64,000 bases of DNA from Candidatus Babeliales bacterium (GCA_963701665.1 OY969622.1:960001-1024000), one strand, 5' to 3'. Shown: positions 10,225 through 19,499, counted from the stretch's first letter. Made by a program: numbers and translations. The notes: generated from the letters alone by a model not told the origin.

Positions 10225-11556
10225 TTAGCGCCAATAATCATAATTTCTTGCAGACTTATGCATTTCAGCCTCTTCCTCTTTAGTATAAGGCCAGCGCACA
10301 CTGCTTTTTTTAGAATATTTAATTGTGTATGAAACTTTTTTTTCAGATTTTTCATATTCTTCAAATTGATGAAAAATCTGAGCAAACTTATTTTGCAAGA
10401 CAGCAGTTTTTTCATTCCACGCTTCTAAACTTTGTTTATTCTTGGCAAAATATTCATCAAGAATGTACTTCAGACGAACCATATCATAGTTTTCTGTAGT
10501 AATAATTTCAATAACGTGTAAATTTCCATCATTGCTGCCACTACCCCTATGCAACATTTTGCCTTTTTTTGTAATTACAAGTTTCTTCTGAATAAGATCA
10601 GCAAAATCCTGAATGCTATTTTCATCTGCAATTAATTCAGCATTTTTATCAGAATCTAGAAGAGCTTTAATGGCTCCTAAAGGCACCCGCATAGTGGGGC
10701 ACACTTCATACTTCGGGCTATTGAGGATCAATTTTCTAAGTGTTTCTTTAGTAACAATCGCACCTTTATTGATAAGCTTTTTCACTAATTTATAATGAAT
10801 ATCTTGTCGTTCGAAAAAAGAGTTATGATGAATTTTCTGTTCAGTGTATTCATCCACTTGATTATCAACCACTAAACCTTGTGCTAAGCCTTTTTCAATT
10901 ATAAACCCAAACTTATCTTTATCGATAAAAGCATTATGAATTTTATAGTCAGCATACTTCTCTTTGCCTTTAAAAATTATTTCAATATTTTTATCGGTTG
11001 CTTCTTCATCTTGACTTGCAAGATAAAAATTATCAGCTTTGAAGATTACTTCTAAAGGAGAATCTTCCCTTTTACAATCTTCATAATAATATGTTACGAA
11101 AAAAGCATTTATATCTTTTTGATTAATGAAATGGGCAGGAAGATTATCGATAACCTCTTCGATATGGCCAGGAGTAAATTTATCTGTTCTATCATGAATA
11201 TTATAAAGGGGCAGGAATATTTCTTTTTGTTTTTCTTTTTCGCGTTCAGGCGTTGTTCCAAAGAACGAATCTCTTAAATCTCGCCAAAAATGTGTCGAAG
11301 CTTTTACTGGACCATTATCAAGCCAAGCATATTTTGACTCATTGGACTCGTTTTTATTAATTTTTCCATATAATCGCGATGCATTAGGTGTAAGAAAAAC
11401 TGATGCTACTTTAATGCTACGATCATTAACAAATGATGGCATAGTATTTGAAATGCCCGAAGATAGTTTTTTCCCCGTAAAAGATGCTCGTCTCCACATT
11501 GCTTGTGAAGAAAAAGAAATAACAAGGAAACTTATCAAAATAAGGAATTTTTTCAT
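10225..11556 (-). CDS. Secreted hypothetical protein with an ankyrin-like segment
   Basis: Signal peptide; LVKKLINKGA; GGAG RBS. Confidence 0.7.
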   Translation of the reverse strand: MKKFLILISFLVISFSSQAMWRRASFTGKKLSSGISNTMPSFVNDRSIKVASVFLTPNASRLYGKINKNESNESKYAWLDNGPVKASTHFWRDLRDSFFGTTPEREKEKQKEIFLPLYNIHDRTDKFTPGHIEEVIDNLPAHFINQKDINAFFVTYYYEDCKREDSPLEVIFKADNFYLASQDEEATDKNIEIIFKGKEKYADYKIHNAFIDKDKFGFIIEKGLAQGLVVDNQVDEYTEQKIHHNSFFERQDIHYKLVKKLINKGAIVTKETLRKLILNSPKYEVCPTMRVPLGAIKALLDSDKNAELIADENSIQDFADLIQKKLVITKKGKMLHRGSGSNDGNLHVIEIITTENYDMVRLKYILDEYFAKNKQSLEAWNEKTAVLQNKFAQIFHQFEEYEKSEKKVSYTIKYSKKSSVRWPYTKEEEAEMHKSARNYDYWR

Positions 11557-11723
11557 GATAATAATTCTCCATTTTTAACATTAAAATTACTGTTTTTAAG
11601 TATATATAAATATATATATTTGTCAATTTTTATAAAATAATTTGCATGCCACTCCTCAATAAAAAAATTAACCCTTTAAAATTTCTCCCTGTATGATACC
11701 CTAAAAGCATATGAAGGGGTTTT

Positions 11724-12932
11724 ATGCACAATTTCCGTAACGATTTTCCTATTTTTTCTAATGTGAACGGGCGCTTTATCTATTTTGATAATGCTGCCAC
11801 AACGCACAAACCTGCATCCGTTATTGAGGCTGAGGCTAATTTTTATCGGTCAGAATATGCGACGGTGAACCGTAGCATGTATAGTTTAGCTGAAAAGGCC
11901 ACGCAGAAGTTTGAAAACGTACGCATGCAGGTCGCGCATTTTATCGGCGCTGAGCCATCAGAAATTGTATTCACCAAAGGAACCACAGAAAGTATTAATT
12001 TTGTGGCAACCGGCTGGGGATTACAAAATATCAAGGCGGGCGATGAAATTGTGCTCACTGAACTTGAACATCATTCCAATTTACTCCCGTGGCAACACGT
12101 TGCTCAAAAAACGGGCGCCCGTTTGAAATTTATCCCCATTAATCCTGATGGAACGCTACAATTAGAAACACTCGCTTCAATCATTACCCCAAAAACAAAA
12201 TTCGTCGGCGTCGTTCATGTTTCCAATGCACTCGGCACAGAGAATGATGTACGCGCGATCACACAAGCCGCGCACAACGTCGGTGCACACGTTCTTGTTG
12301 ATGCTGCACAGTCGATCGCTCATCAAAAAATAGATGTGCGCGCGTTTAACCCTGATTTTTTAGTCTTTTCTGGGCACAAAATGCTCGGCCCAACGGGCGT
12401 AGGTGTTTTATATGTTGCAAAGCGAGTGCAAGGGCACATGGCTCCCGCTGAATTTGGCGGCGGCATGGTTTTTAATGCCACCTATGAAAATGCCTCATTT
12501 TTACCAGGCCCAACCCGTTATGAAGCCGGCACCCCCCCTATAGCGCAGGTTATTGGCCTTGGAGCTGCCCTTGAATATTACACCCGCTTTATCGATTTTG
12601 CTCAATTACAAGCCCATGAGGCCCACTTATGCAGCAGGTTAATCGAGGGTCTTGAAAAATTAAGCGAGGTTTCTATTGTAGGCCCGCGCGAGCAGCTAAA
12701 AAAACGAGGGCATTTAGTCAGCTTTACCGTAAAAGGCTTCCATCCCCATGATGTCGGGGCTTTCCTGGATAAGCATGGTATTGCCGTGCGTACCGGCCAT
12801 TTTTGTGCACAACCACTTGTCCAAAAATTAGGCATTTCAGGGGCAATTCGGGTCAGTTTCCATTGCTATAATACCCTTGAAGAAGTCGACTTCTTTCTCT
12901 CAGTAATAAATAATTTAATTTCAAATAAATAA
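11724..12932 (+). CDS. sufS: Cysteine desulfurase SufS
   Basis: YFDNAATT, EHHSN, SGHKMLGPTG (PLP lysine), RTGHFCA. Confidence 0.95.
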   Translation: MHNFRNDFPIFSNVNGRFIYFDNAATTHKPASVIEAEANFYRSEYATVNRSMYSLAEKATQKFENVRMQVAHFIGAEPSEIVFTKGTTESINFVATGWGLQNIKAGDEIVLTELEHHSNLLPWQHVAQKTGARLKFIPINPDGTLQLETLASIITPKTKFVGVVHVSNALGTENDVRAITQAAHNVGAHVLVDAAQSIAHQKIDVRAFNPDFLVFSGHKMLGPTGVGVLYVAKRVQGHMAPAEFGGGMVFNATYENASFLPGPTRYEAGTPPIAQVIGLGAALEYYTRFIDFAQLQAHEAHLCSRLIEGLEKLSEVSIVGPREQLKKRGHLVSFTVKGFHPHDVGAFLDKHGIAVRTGHFCAQPLVQKLGISGAIRVSFHCYNTLEEVDFFLSVINNLISNK

Positions 12933-13009
12933 ATTGCCAAAATTGACAATTTGTTAAAAACAGATACGCTGATGTTTATAGCTATTAAAGCTTAAAAAGA
13001 CTATCAGAT

Positions 13010-14092
13010 ATGGAGGTATCTATGATTTTCTCATTATGCAAGAAACGACTTTTTTTACTTTTTCTAGGCTCATTTTTAGCCCTGCAGCCATCTCTATATG
13101 CTCATAATCCTGGTGAAACTCCAGCTACATCACAAAGAAGTTGGTCCAGTGCGTTAGGCACAGCAGTCAATGCTGCTCTTTATTTTGGTCCCGCCACCTA
13201 TTCAGCCTATGAACAATCAAAAAATTTATATGCATCACAACAAAAAAAATTGATTGGTAATCAAGCCTTAAATCCTCAAACAAAACTTGCAATTCAAAAA
13301 ATAATGATCGAGATGAATATAGAAGATACTCCTGAAATTTTAGCAATGAGAAATCAAGCTGAATTTGAAGAAGTTCCTGATAGTGACAAGTATACAATAG
13401 TTGATTCTGTCAAAAAGAATTATCTAGGTATCCATGCTACTAATGCCTACATTTTTATCGATGAAGATATTATAAATTTTGAAGAGCATCCGTTACGATC
13501 CACATTTCTCGTAAAACGAGAATTAGCGCGGTATAAAAATAACCATTTTTCAAAAGTTATTATTGGCAACGTTGCTCTGACCATGGCTCAAGCCGTTGCT
13601 TTCTATAAAACATTTCCGTTAGTTACTCAAGGATGCAACAATAGTATACATAAACTTGGTTGGACCTCATTTAATGACCCTCAACAACACGGTATTTTCT
13701 TAGGTGTTTCTCGTTTTACACTTAACTATCTGGTATGCCCGTTCGTTACCCAATTAATCATTGAAAAAATTAGAAATAGCGTCCATGCTTGGTATCACCA
13801 ACACATCACTCCACCACTCGATGGTACTTTTGTGCCCCGAGGACACACACTCACCCTATTTGCTGAACTTATCAAACTCATACCAGACTATAACAATACA
13901 GAAACAAATAATTGCCCAGGAAAAGAATTACTTGATACAACACTACGCGAAATGGCTCTCATTGCATTAAATCGTTATCACTCCTCACAGATTATTGATA
14001 ACCTTAATAGAAGATTCAGCCGTGACGAAGATTTCAAGCCACACATAGAACGATTAATAAGCTTTATTGAACAAAATGATAAACATGGTTAG
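13010..14092 (+). CDS. Secreted/membrane hypothetical protein, possibly a degenerate M48-like peptidase
   Basis: Signal peptide; FLVKRELARYKNNH before a hydrophobic helix; TTGACA promoter-like site upstream. Confidence 0.65.
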   Translation: MEVSMIFSLCKKRLFLLFLGSFLALQPSLYAHNPGETPATSQRSWSSALGTAVNAALYFGPATYSAYEQSKNLYASQQKKLIGNQALNPQTKLAIQKIMIEMNIEDTPEILAMRNQAEFEEVPDSDKYTIVDSVKKNYLGIHATNAYIFIDEDIINFEEHPLRSTFLVKRELARYKNNHFSKVIIGNVALTMAQAVAFYKTFPLVTQGCNNSIHKLGWTSFNDPQQHGIFLGVSRFTLNYLVCPFVTQLIIEKIRNSVHAWYHQHITPPLDGTFVPRGHTLTLFAELIKLIPDYNNTETNNCPGKELLDTTLREMALIALNRYHSSQIIDNLNRRFSRDEDFKPHIERLISFIEQNDKHG

Positions 14093-14187
14093 CCCTGATA
14101 AAAAAGGCTAATTTCCAATTTTTCCTTAAAAAGGGTATTATTACCTTAGTTATTCTTTATCGTTTTTCATTATTTCTGAAAATTATC

Positions 14188-14355
14188 ATGATCAAAGCTT
14201 ATACGTATACATTTCTTTTTCTCACTCTTCTTGGATTATCTTTGAATAGCTACGCTGAAATCGATATGCCAAAATTTAAAGGCACGATTACGTACGAACC
14301 CATTACGATTCTCATCGATACAGACTCTATTATTGCAATTCGCAATTCTCATTGA
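14188..14355 (+). CDS. Small 55-aa ORF with signal peptide, possibly a truncated gene
   Basis: Read manually: MIKAYTYTFLFLTLLGLSLNSYA-EIDMPKF...; below the ORF-track cutoff. Confidence 0.4.
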   Translation: MIKAYTYTFLFLTLLGLSLNSYAEIDMPKFKGTITYEPITILIDTDSIIAIRNSH

Positions 14356-14566
14356 AATTGAAAGGACTTTATTTGATTATGATTAAGTTTTCAATAACAA
14401 AAAACGTATTCTCTATTGGGATTCTCGTCGTAAAACAAATACTAGCAACGGTAAATTATGCGATTTTCATACGCGGGAATGTATAAAGCCAATTGGATTT
14501 CGCAAGTATGATTAACCATAAGCTACTAATATTTCGCTTCGCAAGTAATATTGAATAATCGCAATT

Positions 14567-14628
14567 GTCATTGCGAGCCAACATTGTTGGCGTGGCAACC
14601 CAGCTTATAAAATTCTAAGTTAGAACAT
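14567..14628 (+). repeat. 62-bp direct repeat, copy 1 (REP arm plus leader)
   Basis: Identical to 15070-15131. Confidence 0.95.
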
Positions 14629-14630
14629 CA

Positions 14631-14927
14631 ATGAAACAACCAGCAATATATATTATGGCAAATAAACGTAACGGCACACTTTATACAGGCGTTACTTCTA
14701 ATCTTTTACAAAGGATCTCACAACATAAAAATAATGTTATAGAAGGATTTACTTATCAATATGGATGTAAAATCCTTGTATATTATGAACTGTATGGGGA
14801 CATTAATAATGCGATAAAACGAGAAAAACAAATAAAAGCCGGATCACGACTCAAAAAATTAAAGCTCGTTGAATCTATAAATCCAAATTGGTTCGATCTA
14901 TATGAATTATATCTTAAGAACAAATAA
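14631..14927 (+). CDS. Standalone GIY-YIG nuclease (UPF0213/YhbQ-like)
   Basis: AIYIMAN...LYTGVTSNLLQRISQHK...AIKREKQIK...NPNWFDL; catalytic Tyr, Arg and Glu positions appear intact. Confidence 0.92.
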   Translation: MKQPAIYIMANKRNGTLYTGVTSNLLQRISQHKNNVIEGFTYQYGCKILVYYELYGDINNAIKREKQIKAGSRLKKLKLVESINPNWFDLYELYLKNK

Positions 14928-14943
14928 GGAACTTACTAAAGTG

Positions 14944-14980
14944 CTGGATCCCCACGTCGCTTCGCTCCTCGGGAAGACGA
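14944..14980 (-). repeat. Inverted REP-like arm
   Basis: ctggatccccacgtcgcttcgctcctcgggaagacga; core identical to the right arm of 35853-35955. Confidence 0.9.
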
Positions 14981-15069
14981 TGGGGCCTAGATTGTCAATT
15001 TACATTTTAATTGAAATATGCGTAGTTACTACCAACAACAATGGGAAAATAAACATTGAACACCCAATC

Positions 15070-15131
15070 GTCATTGCGAGCCAACATTGTTGGCGTGGCA
15101 ACCCAGCTTATAAAATTCTAAGTTAGAACAT
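15070..15131 (+). repeat. 62-bp direct repeat, copy 2
   Basis: Identical to 14567-14628 but not followed by the ATG. Confidence 0.95.
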
Positions 15132-15234
15132 TACTTTAGAACGCTTGCATTAAATAATAATCATTTTTTTCACGTATTGCTTTTCTTTAATCACCTTTTT
15201 TATACTCAAAAAAAAGGTATATATTAAGGAATTC

Positions 15235-15930
15235 ATGAAGAGAAAATATCTTCGATTATTACTCTTTACCATTTTTCTCGTTGCAGTTATTGCAGCTTTT
15301 GTCTTGCGCCTTGATAAAAAGATTTCTCTTAGGTATTTGCAAGAACACACCGCCCTTATCAAACATTATATAAGCGATTACTATGCATTGACTGCCTTAG
15401 GATATATAACCTGTTATATACTGTTTGTTATTTTAATGGTACCTCTCACGATACTTTTAAATGTAGCTGCCGGATACTTTTTTGGTGTTATACCAGGAAC
15501 TATCTATAGTGTAGTGGGATGTGTTGCAGGATCGTTTATTTCTATGCTCCTCTTTCGATACATTTTCCGCTCGTGGGCACATAAAAAATATCACGCCCGA
15601 CTTGGTATTGTCGAAGATGAATTTAATAAGCATGGTGCTGAATACATACTTTCTTTGCAATTACTTCCCATAACGCCATTTGCTATTATTAATAGTATTG
15701 CAGGATTATCAGAGCTGCCGGCATGGAAATTTTTGTTGATCTCATTCATTGGCGTAACACCCTACATCTTCCTTAATGCGTACGCAGGAACAAAATTAAC
15801 CGCACTCAACAGCGTTTCTGATATTCTTTCTCCTGGATTTCTTGTATTATTTCTTGGATTATCTCTGTGTGCCATTGCACCAACCCTATGGCAACGATAT
15901 AAAAAACAACACAAACGACGGCGCCCATGA
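15235..15930 (+). CDS. TVP38/TMEM64 (DedA/VTT) membrane protein
   Basis: AGYFFG, LQLLPITPFAIIN and hydrophobic pattern. Confidence 0.85.
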   Translation: MKRKYLRLLLFTIFLVAVIAAFVLRLDKKISLRYLQEHTALIKHYISDYYALTALGYITCYILFVILMVPLTILLNVAAGYFFGVIPGTIYSVVGCVAGSFISMLLFRYIFRSWAHKKYHARLGIVEDEFNKHGAEYILSLQLLPITPFAIINSIAGLSELPAWKFLLISFIGVTPYIFLNAYAGTKLTALNSVSDILSPGFLVLFLGLSLCAIAPTLWQRYKKQHKRRRP

Positions 15931-16694
15931 GTGTACATCAAAAATTTTTCTTTATTCTTCAACATCACAAGAAACAAGTAATTGTCGCCTCCTTCTTTAT
16001 AATGATGAGCGTCATATTTTATTGGTTAAACATTACCAACTATTTCTCCCCAACCTATTTGCAAGAAAATGTAACCTTTGTTCATACCATGGTAAAGCAA
16101 AATTATTATACTGCTTTATGCATATATTTACTGAGTTACATAAGTGCTTGCGCATTATCAATTCCTGGATCAACCTTATTTTTAACAGCTGCAGGTTTCT
16201 TGTTTGGTACGCTGCTTGGGTGCGTTCTTTCACTGATCGGCGCAACCATCGGCGCAACAATACTTTTTTTTACATCCCGTTATCTAATGGGATCATTAAT
16301 ACAACAGTACTTTCGGGAAAAGCTATTACGCTTTAATGCCGAAATAGAAGCACATGGTTTCTATTATTTGTTAATGGTACGTCTCATTGGCTTATTACCA
16401 TTTTGTGTGGTTAATCTTTTATCTGGCATTACCTTGCTGCAGCCAACAACCTTTGTGTGGACAACCTGTGTTGGTATGATTCCTTTTGCTCTTGTATATG
16501 CATTTATAGGTTCTCAGTTATCACAGCTGACTTCTTCTTCATATTTCAGTTCACCCATAATTATTATGGTACTTATATCTTTTTACATCTTTAAAATTAC
16601 CCTCGTACCATTCTTTTATGCACACGTAAAAAAACGTCGTGCGCACACTAAAAAAAGAAATTTTACCAATCGCACCAAGATGACTATACTTTAG
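15927..16694 (+). CDS. TVP38/TMEM64 (DedA/VTT) membrane protein
   Basis: SIPGS, AGFLFG, GATIGA, VRLIGLLPF; ATGA overlap with its paralog. Confidence 0.88.
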   Translation: MSVHQKFFFILQHHKKQVIVASFFIMMSVIFYWLNITNYFSPTYLQENVTFVHTMVKQNYYTALCIYLLSYISACALSIPGSTLFLTAAGFLFGTLLGCVLSLIGATIGATILFFTSRYLMGSLIQQYFREKLLRFNAEIEAHGFYYLLMVRLIGLLPFCVVNLLSGITLLQPTTFVWTTCVGMIPFALVYAFIGSQLSQLTSSSYFSSPIIIMVLISFYIFKITLVPFFYAHVKKRRAHTKKRNFTNRTKMTIL

Positions 16695-16715
16695 GTAATT
16701 ATTTTTTTATCACGT

Positions 16716-17696
16716 ATGATTGGGTTCATCATGGAAATAGAAAACATACGGTCTCAAACTCCTGTTCGTTCAGGGTTTACTTCACACACCCTCTTAGATG
16801 CCATTGGAAACACCCCCTTAGTACGCGTTGATTTTGGCACACCGCCCACAATTTTAGCTAAACTTGAATATCTTAATCCTGGCGGCAGCATAAAAGATCG
16901 TGCTGCACTTTTCATGATTGAAGAAGCAGAGCGAAAAGGTTTATTAAAACCAGGTGGCACTATTATTGAAGCTTCTTCCGGCAACCAAGGAATTGCGGCT
17001 GCTATGATTGGCGTTGCAAAAGGATACAAAGTTATCATTACTACCAATAAAAAATTTAGTCCTGAAAAAATTAACACTATTAAAGCGTATGGCGCTGAAA
17101 TTATTATGTGTCCTTGTACAGAATTTGTTGAGGATCCTGAAAGTTATCATAGTCAAGCAGTCGCTCTTCAAAAAAAAATCCCTAATTCATTCATGCTCAA
17201 TCAATATTACAATTTTTCAAATTCTCAAAGCCATTATCATTCACTTGCACCAGAGATCTTACAACAAACAAATGGCTTAATTACCCACTTTTTTGCAGCC
17301 TCAGGTACCTGTGGCACTATTACCGGCGTAGGAAGATATTTAAAAGAGAAAAGTCCCGCTGTTAATGTCATTGCCGTTGATGCCGTTAATTCGTTCCGCA
17401 GCACACAAGGACATCCAAAGCCCTATGCCCTTGAAGGCATTGGTGTTGATTTTGATGCACCCATTTTAAATGAGTATCATACGGTCATTGATGAGTTTTT
17501 TTGCGTTTCAGATGAACAAGGTCTGACTATGCTCAAAAGAATGGCGCGCAATCATGCAATTTTATGTGGACCGAGTAGCGGCGCCGTCGCCTATGCAGCG
17601 TATGAATACTCTAAAAAGCTCTCGCCCCAGGATATCGTTGTTATGATAATTGGGGATTCAGGACGCGCTTATTTGAGCAAAAACTATTATTTATAA
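16716..17696 (+). CDS. cysK: PLP-dependent cysteine synthase / cystathionine beta-synthase family
   Basis: IGNTPLV, NPGGSIKDR, EASSGNQG, GTCGT, EGIG. Confidence 0.85.
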   Translation: MIGFIMEIENIRSQTPVRSGFTSHTLLDAIGNTPLVRVDFGTPPTILAKLEYLNPGGSIKDRAALFMIEEAERKGLLKPGGTIIEASSGNQGIAAAMIGVAKGYKVIITTNKKFSPEKINTIKAYGAEIIMCPCTEFVEDPESYHSQAVALQKKIPNSFMLNQYYNFSNSQSHYHSLAPEILQQTNGLITHFFAASGTCGTITGVGRYLKEKSPAVNVIAVDAVNSFRSTQGHPKPYALEGIGVDFDAPILNEYHTVIDEFFCVSDEQGLTMLKRMARNHAILCGPSSGAVAYAAYEYSKKLSPQDIVVMIIGDSGRAYLSKNYYL

Positions 17697-17856
17697 CCCC
17701 AACAGCATAATTTTCCTTGTCTAAAAGCCTTTTGCCTATTTGTGCAATAATATTTTATTATATATTCCCAAATATTGCTATTTGAATAGTATATCTGATA
17801 TTATAGAAGTAAATATTAGAGTTTTGAGTAGTAAAAACCATTTTTTAGGGGAAGTT

Positions 17857-18282
17857 ATGGAAAAAAGAGTATTATTCCTTGCCATATGCGCTAGTTTTTG
17901 CACAAGTGTTCTGTATGGACAAGTAACTACTGTAGACGAGGTTCTTGGGCAATACAGAAAACAGTTCGGAACAGAAACTTTTGAAGCAATTAACGAAGTG
18001 GAAGCAATTCAAAAACGTTTAAATAAAACATTTACTGACAAAGAATTAATCCCCCTTCAAAATGGCCTCACTTCTTACGCTCGCCCACGATCAACTGGTC
18101 TAGTACCAAAAGGTCAAATGGGAACTCTTACAAGAGCAGTATTCGACGCAGTAAAAGATACTTATAGAAAGATCATGCAAACCCGTGCTTCATCAAATGC
18201 TGAAATAGCAGGTCGTCAAGCTTATGCTGATGAATTCTTTGGTCGAATCGCATTTGTCTTGCAACATCCACGTAAAAATTAA
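17857..18282 (+). CDS. Secreted hypothetical protein
   Basis: RBS AGGGGA before ATG 17857; signal peptide. Confidence 0.7.
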   Translation: MEKRVLFLAICASFCTSVLYGQVTTVDEVLGQYRKQFGTETFEAINEVEAIQKRLNKTFTDKELIPLQNGLTSYARPRSTGLVPKGQMGTLTRAVFDAVKDTYRKIMQTRASSNAEIAGRQAYADEFFGRIAFVLQHPRKN

Positions 18283-18290
18283 TTTTTTAT

Positions 18291-18330
18291 AAAAGAAATC
18301 CACTGCCCTCAAAAGCAGTGGATTTCTTTT
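18291..18330. terminator. Intrinsic terminator
   Basis: aaaagaaatccactgc-cctcaaaa-gcagtggatttctttt. Confidence 0.8.
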
Positions 18331-18347
18331 AAGTATCAAAGGCTACT

Positions 18348-18782
18348 ATGAGTAAAATATTTTATTTAGGGCTTCTTACTTTAATCTTTAGCACAACCTT
18401 TATTTTAGCGTCACAACCATTAAACACACGAGAGTCACGAGAGCATGAAATATTAAAAAAACGATACCAAGAAACATTAAACAAGATACAAGCGGTATTT
18501 GATAAAATCCCTAAAATTCGCATTGCTTATAGCGATGTTATTGAAACACAATTTTCTGAAAGTCTTAAGACTGGCACAAATAAATTGTCTGGCAATTGGA
18601 ATGCAATATTTTCAATTGCCTATCCACTATATAAAGATCTAAAAAATGATAAAGACCCGCTAGTTCGTGCTCTAGCCAATCAATTACAAATTGATATCAT
18701 GAAGGCAGCAATGCGTCATGATGAAGAATTCAAATCAATGAATGATCAATTATTTAATAATAAAAAATCCACTGCCCCTTAA
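18348..18782 (+). CDS. Secreted hypothetical protein
   Basis: Signal peptide, helical body. Confidence 0.7.
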   Translation: MSKIFYLGLLTLIFSTTFILASQPLNTRESREHEILKKRYQETLNKIQAVFDKIPKIRIAYSDVIETQFSESLKTGTNKLSGNWNAIFSIAYPLYKDLKNDKDPLVRALANQLQIDIMKAAMRHDEEFKSMNDQLFNNKKSTAP

Positions 18783-18795
18783 AGCAGTGGATTTT
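18764..18795. terminator. Bidirectional intrinsic terminator, copy of the 18291 hairpin
   Basis: aaaatccactgc-cccttaaa-gcagtggatttt between convergent genes. Confidence 0.8.
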
Positions 18796-18796
18796 C

Positions 18797-19045
18797 TTAT
18801 TCTTCCTCACGTAATTCCGCACTATGATCATCTGAATATATAACCTTCTTCTTTTTACTAGTAAACATCGATTTTAACGTTTGTCTAATAACCGAAAATG
18901 AAAACGCTTGTTTTATTGTAGTAAATCGCTCTTCATGCCATGAACTTTTTTCTTTATCAACCAATGGACGTTTCATTGCTTCTATTCTTTGCAAGCACAT
19001 GCATATAGCCACAAAATAACAGCAAACAAGAAATTTTTGCTTCAT
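18797..19045 (-). CDS. Small secreted hypothetical protein
   Basis: GGGGAG RBS, signal peptide ending IEA-M. Confidence 0.6.
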   Translation of the reverse strand: MKQKFLVCCYFVAICMCLQRIEAMKRPLVDKEKSSWHEERFTTIKQAFSFSVIRQTLKSMFTSKKKKVIYSDDHSAELREEE

Positions 19046-19060
19046 AGGTTCTTCTCCCCT

Positions 19061-19441
19061 TTATGAAATACAACAATCATCATTGCCGACTCCTTCATAA
19101 TCTAGCAAGGTAGCAAATAGCTGCATTGCTTTTGCCTTTTCTTCCTCTCGAGACGTCAAATGCCCCTGCATCAAGTCTTTAAATTCGGGATAAGAGAACT
19201 TACATGTATTTTTAATATCTAAATAAACAATAACTGCCTGTTCCATGTAATTAAAAATGGCTATAATATCTTTTTGATCCCTAAAGACAATTGAATCTTC
19301 TCGTTGATTTGAATGATCAAGGATGGCAATTGCTGTTAATTCATGTCCTTCAAATATTTGTTGCACTAACGAAACCTGCATAGCATGTACTTTTTGCAAA
19401 CTAATTACAAAAAAAAACATAACAAAACATAATCGGTTCAT
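19061..19441 (-). CDS. Small secreted protein with C-terminal CaaX-like motif
   Basis: GAGGGA RBS, signal peptide ending VHA-M, C-terminus DDCCIS. Confidence 0.65.
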   Translation of the reverse strand: MNRLCFVMFFFVISLQKVHAMQVSLVQQIFEGHELTAIAILDHSNQREDSIVFRDQKDIIAIFNYMEQAVIVYLDIKNTCKFSYPEFKDLMQGHLTSREEEKAKAMQLFATLLDYEGVGNDDCCIS

Positions 19442-19499
19442 AGTTCCCTCTTTTGAAAAATATTCTCAAGAAAAGCGTACAACGAACTGCAGATCAGTG

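Larger units (their letters stand above)
14566..14980 (+). mobile_element. Putative autonomous element: GIY-YIG gene bracketed by inverted REP-like arms
   Basis: Left arm 14566-14603 and inverted right arm 14944-14980 enclose the gene; its flanks match the linker of gene-less copies. Confidence 0.6.

Noticed and set aside
14902..15126. 74-aa ORF after the GIY-YIG gene
   Set aside because: Made largely of repeat arms; probably spurious.
14567..15131. 62-bp direct repeats as a CRISPR array
   Set aside because: Only two copies, about 440 bp apart with a gene between them, and no cas genes in the window.
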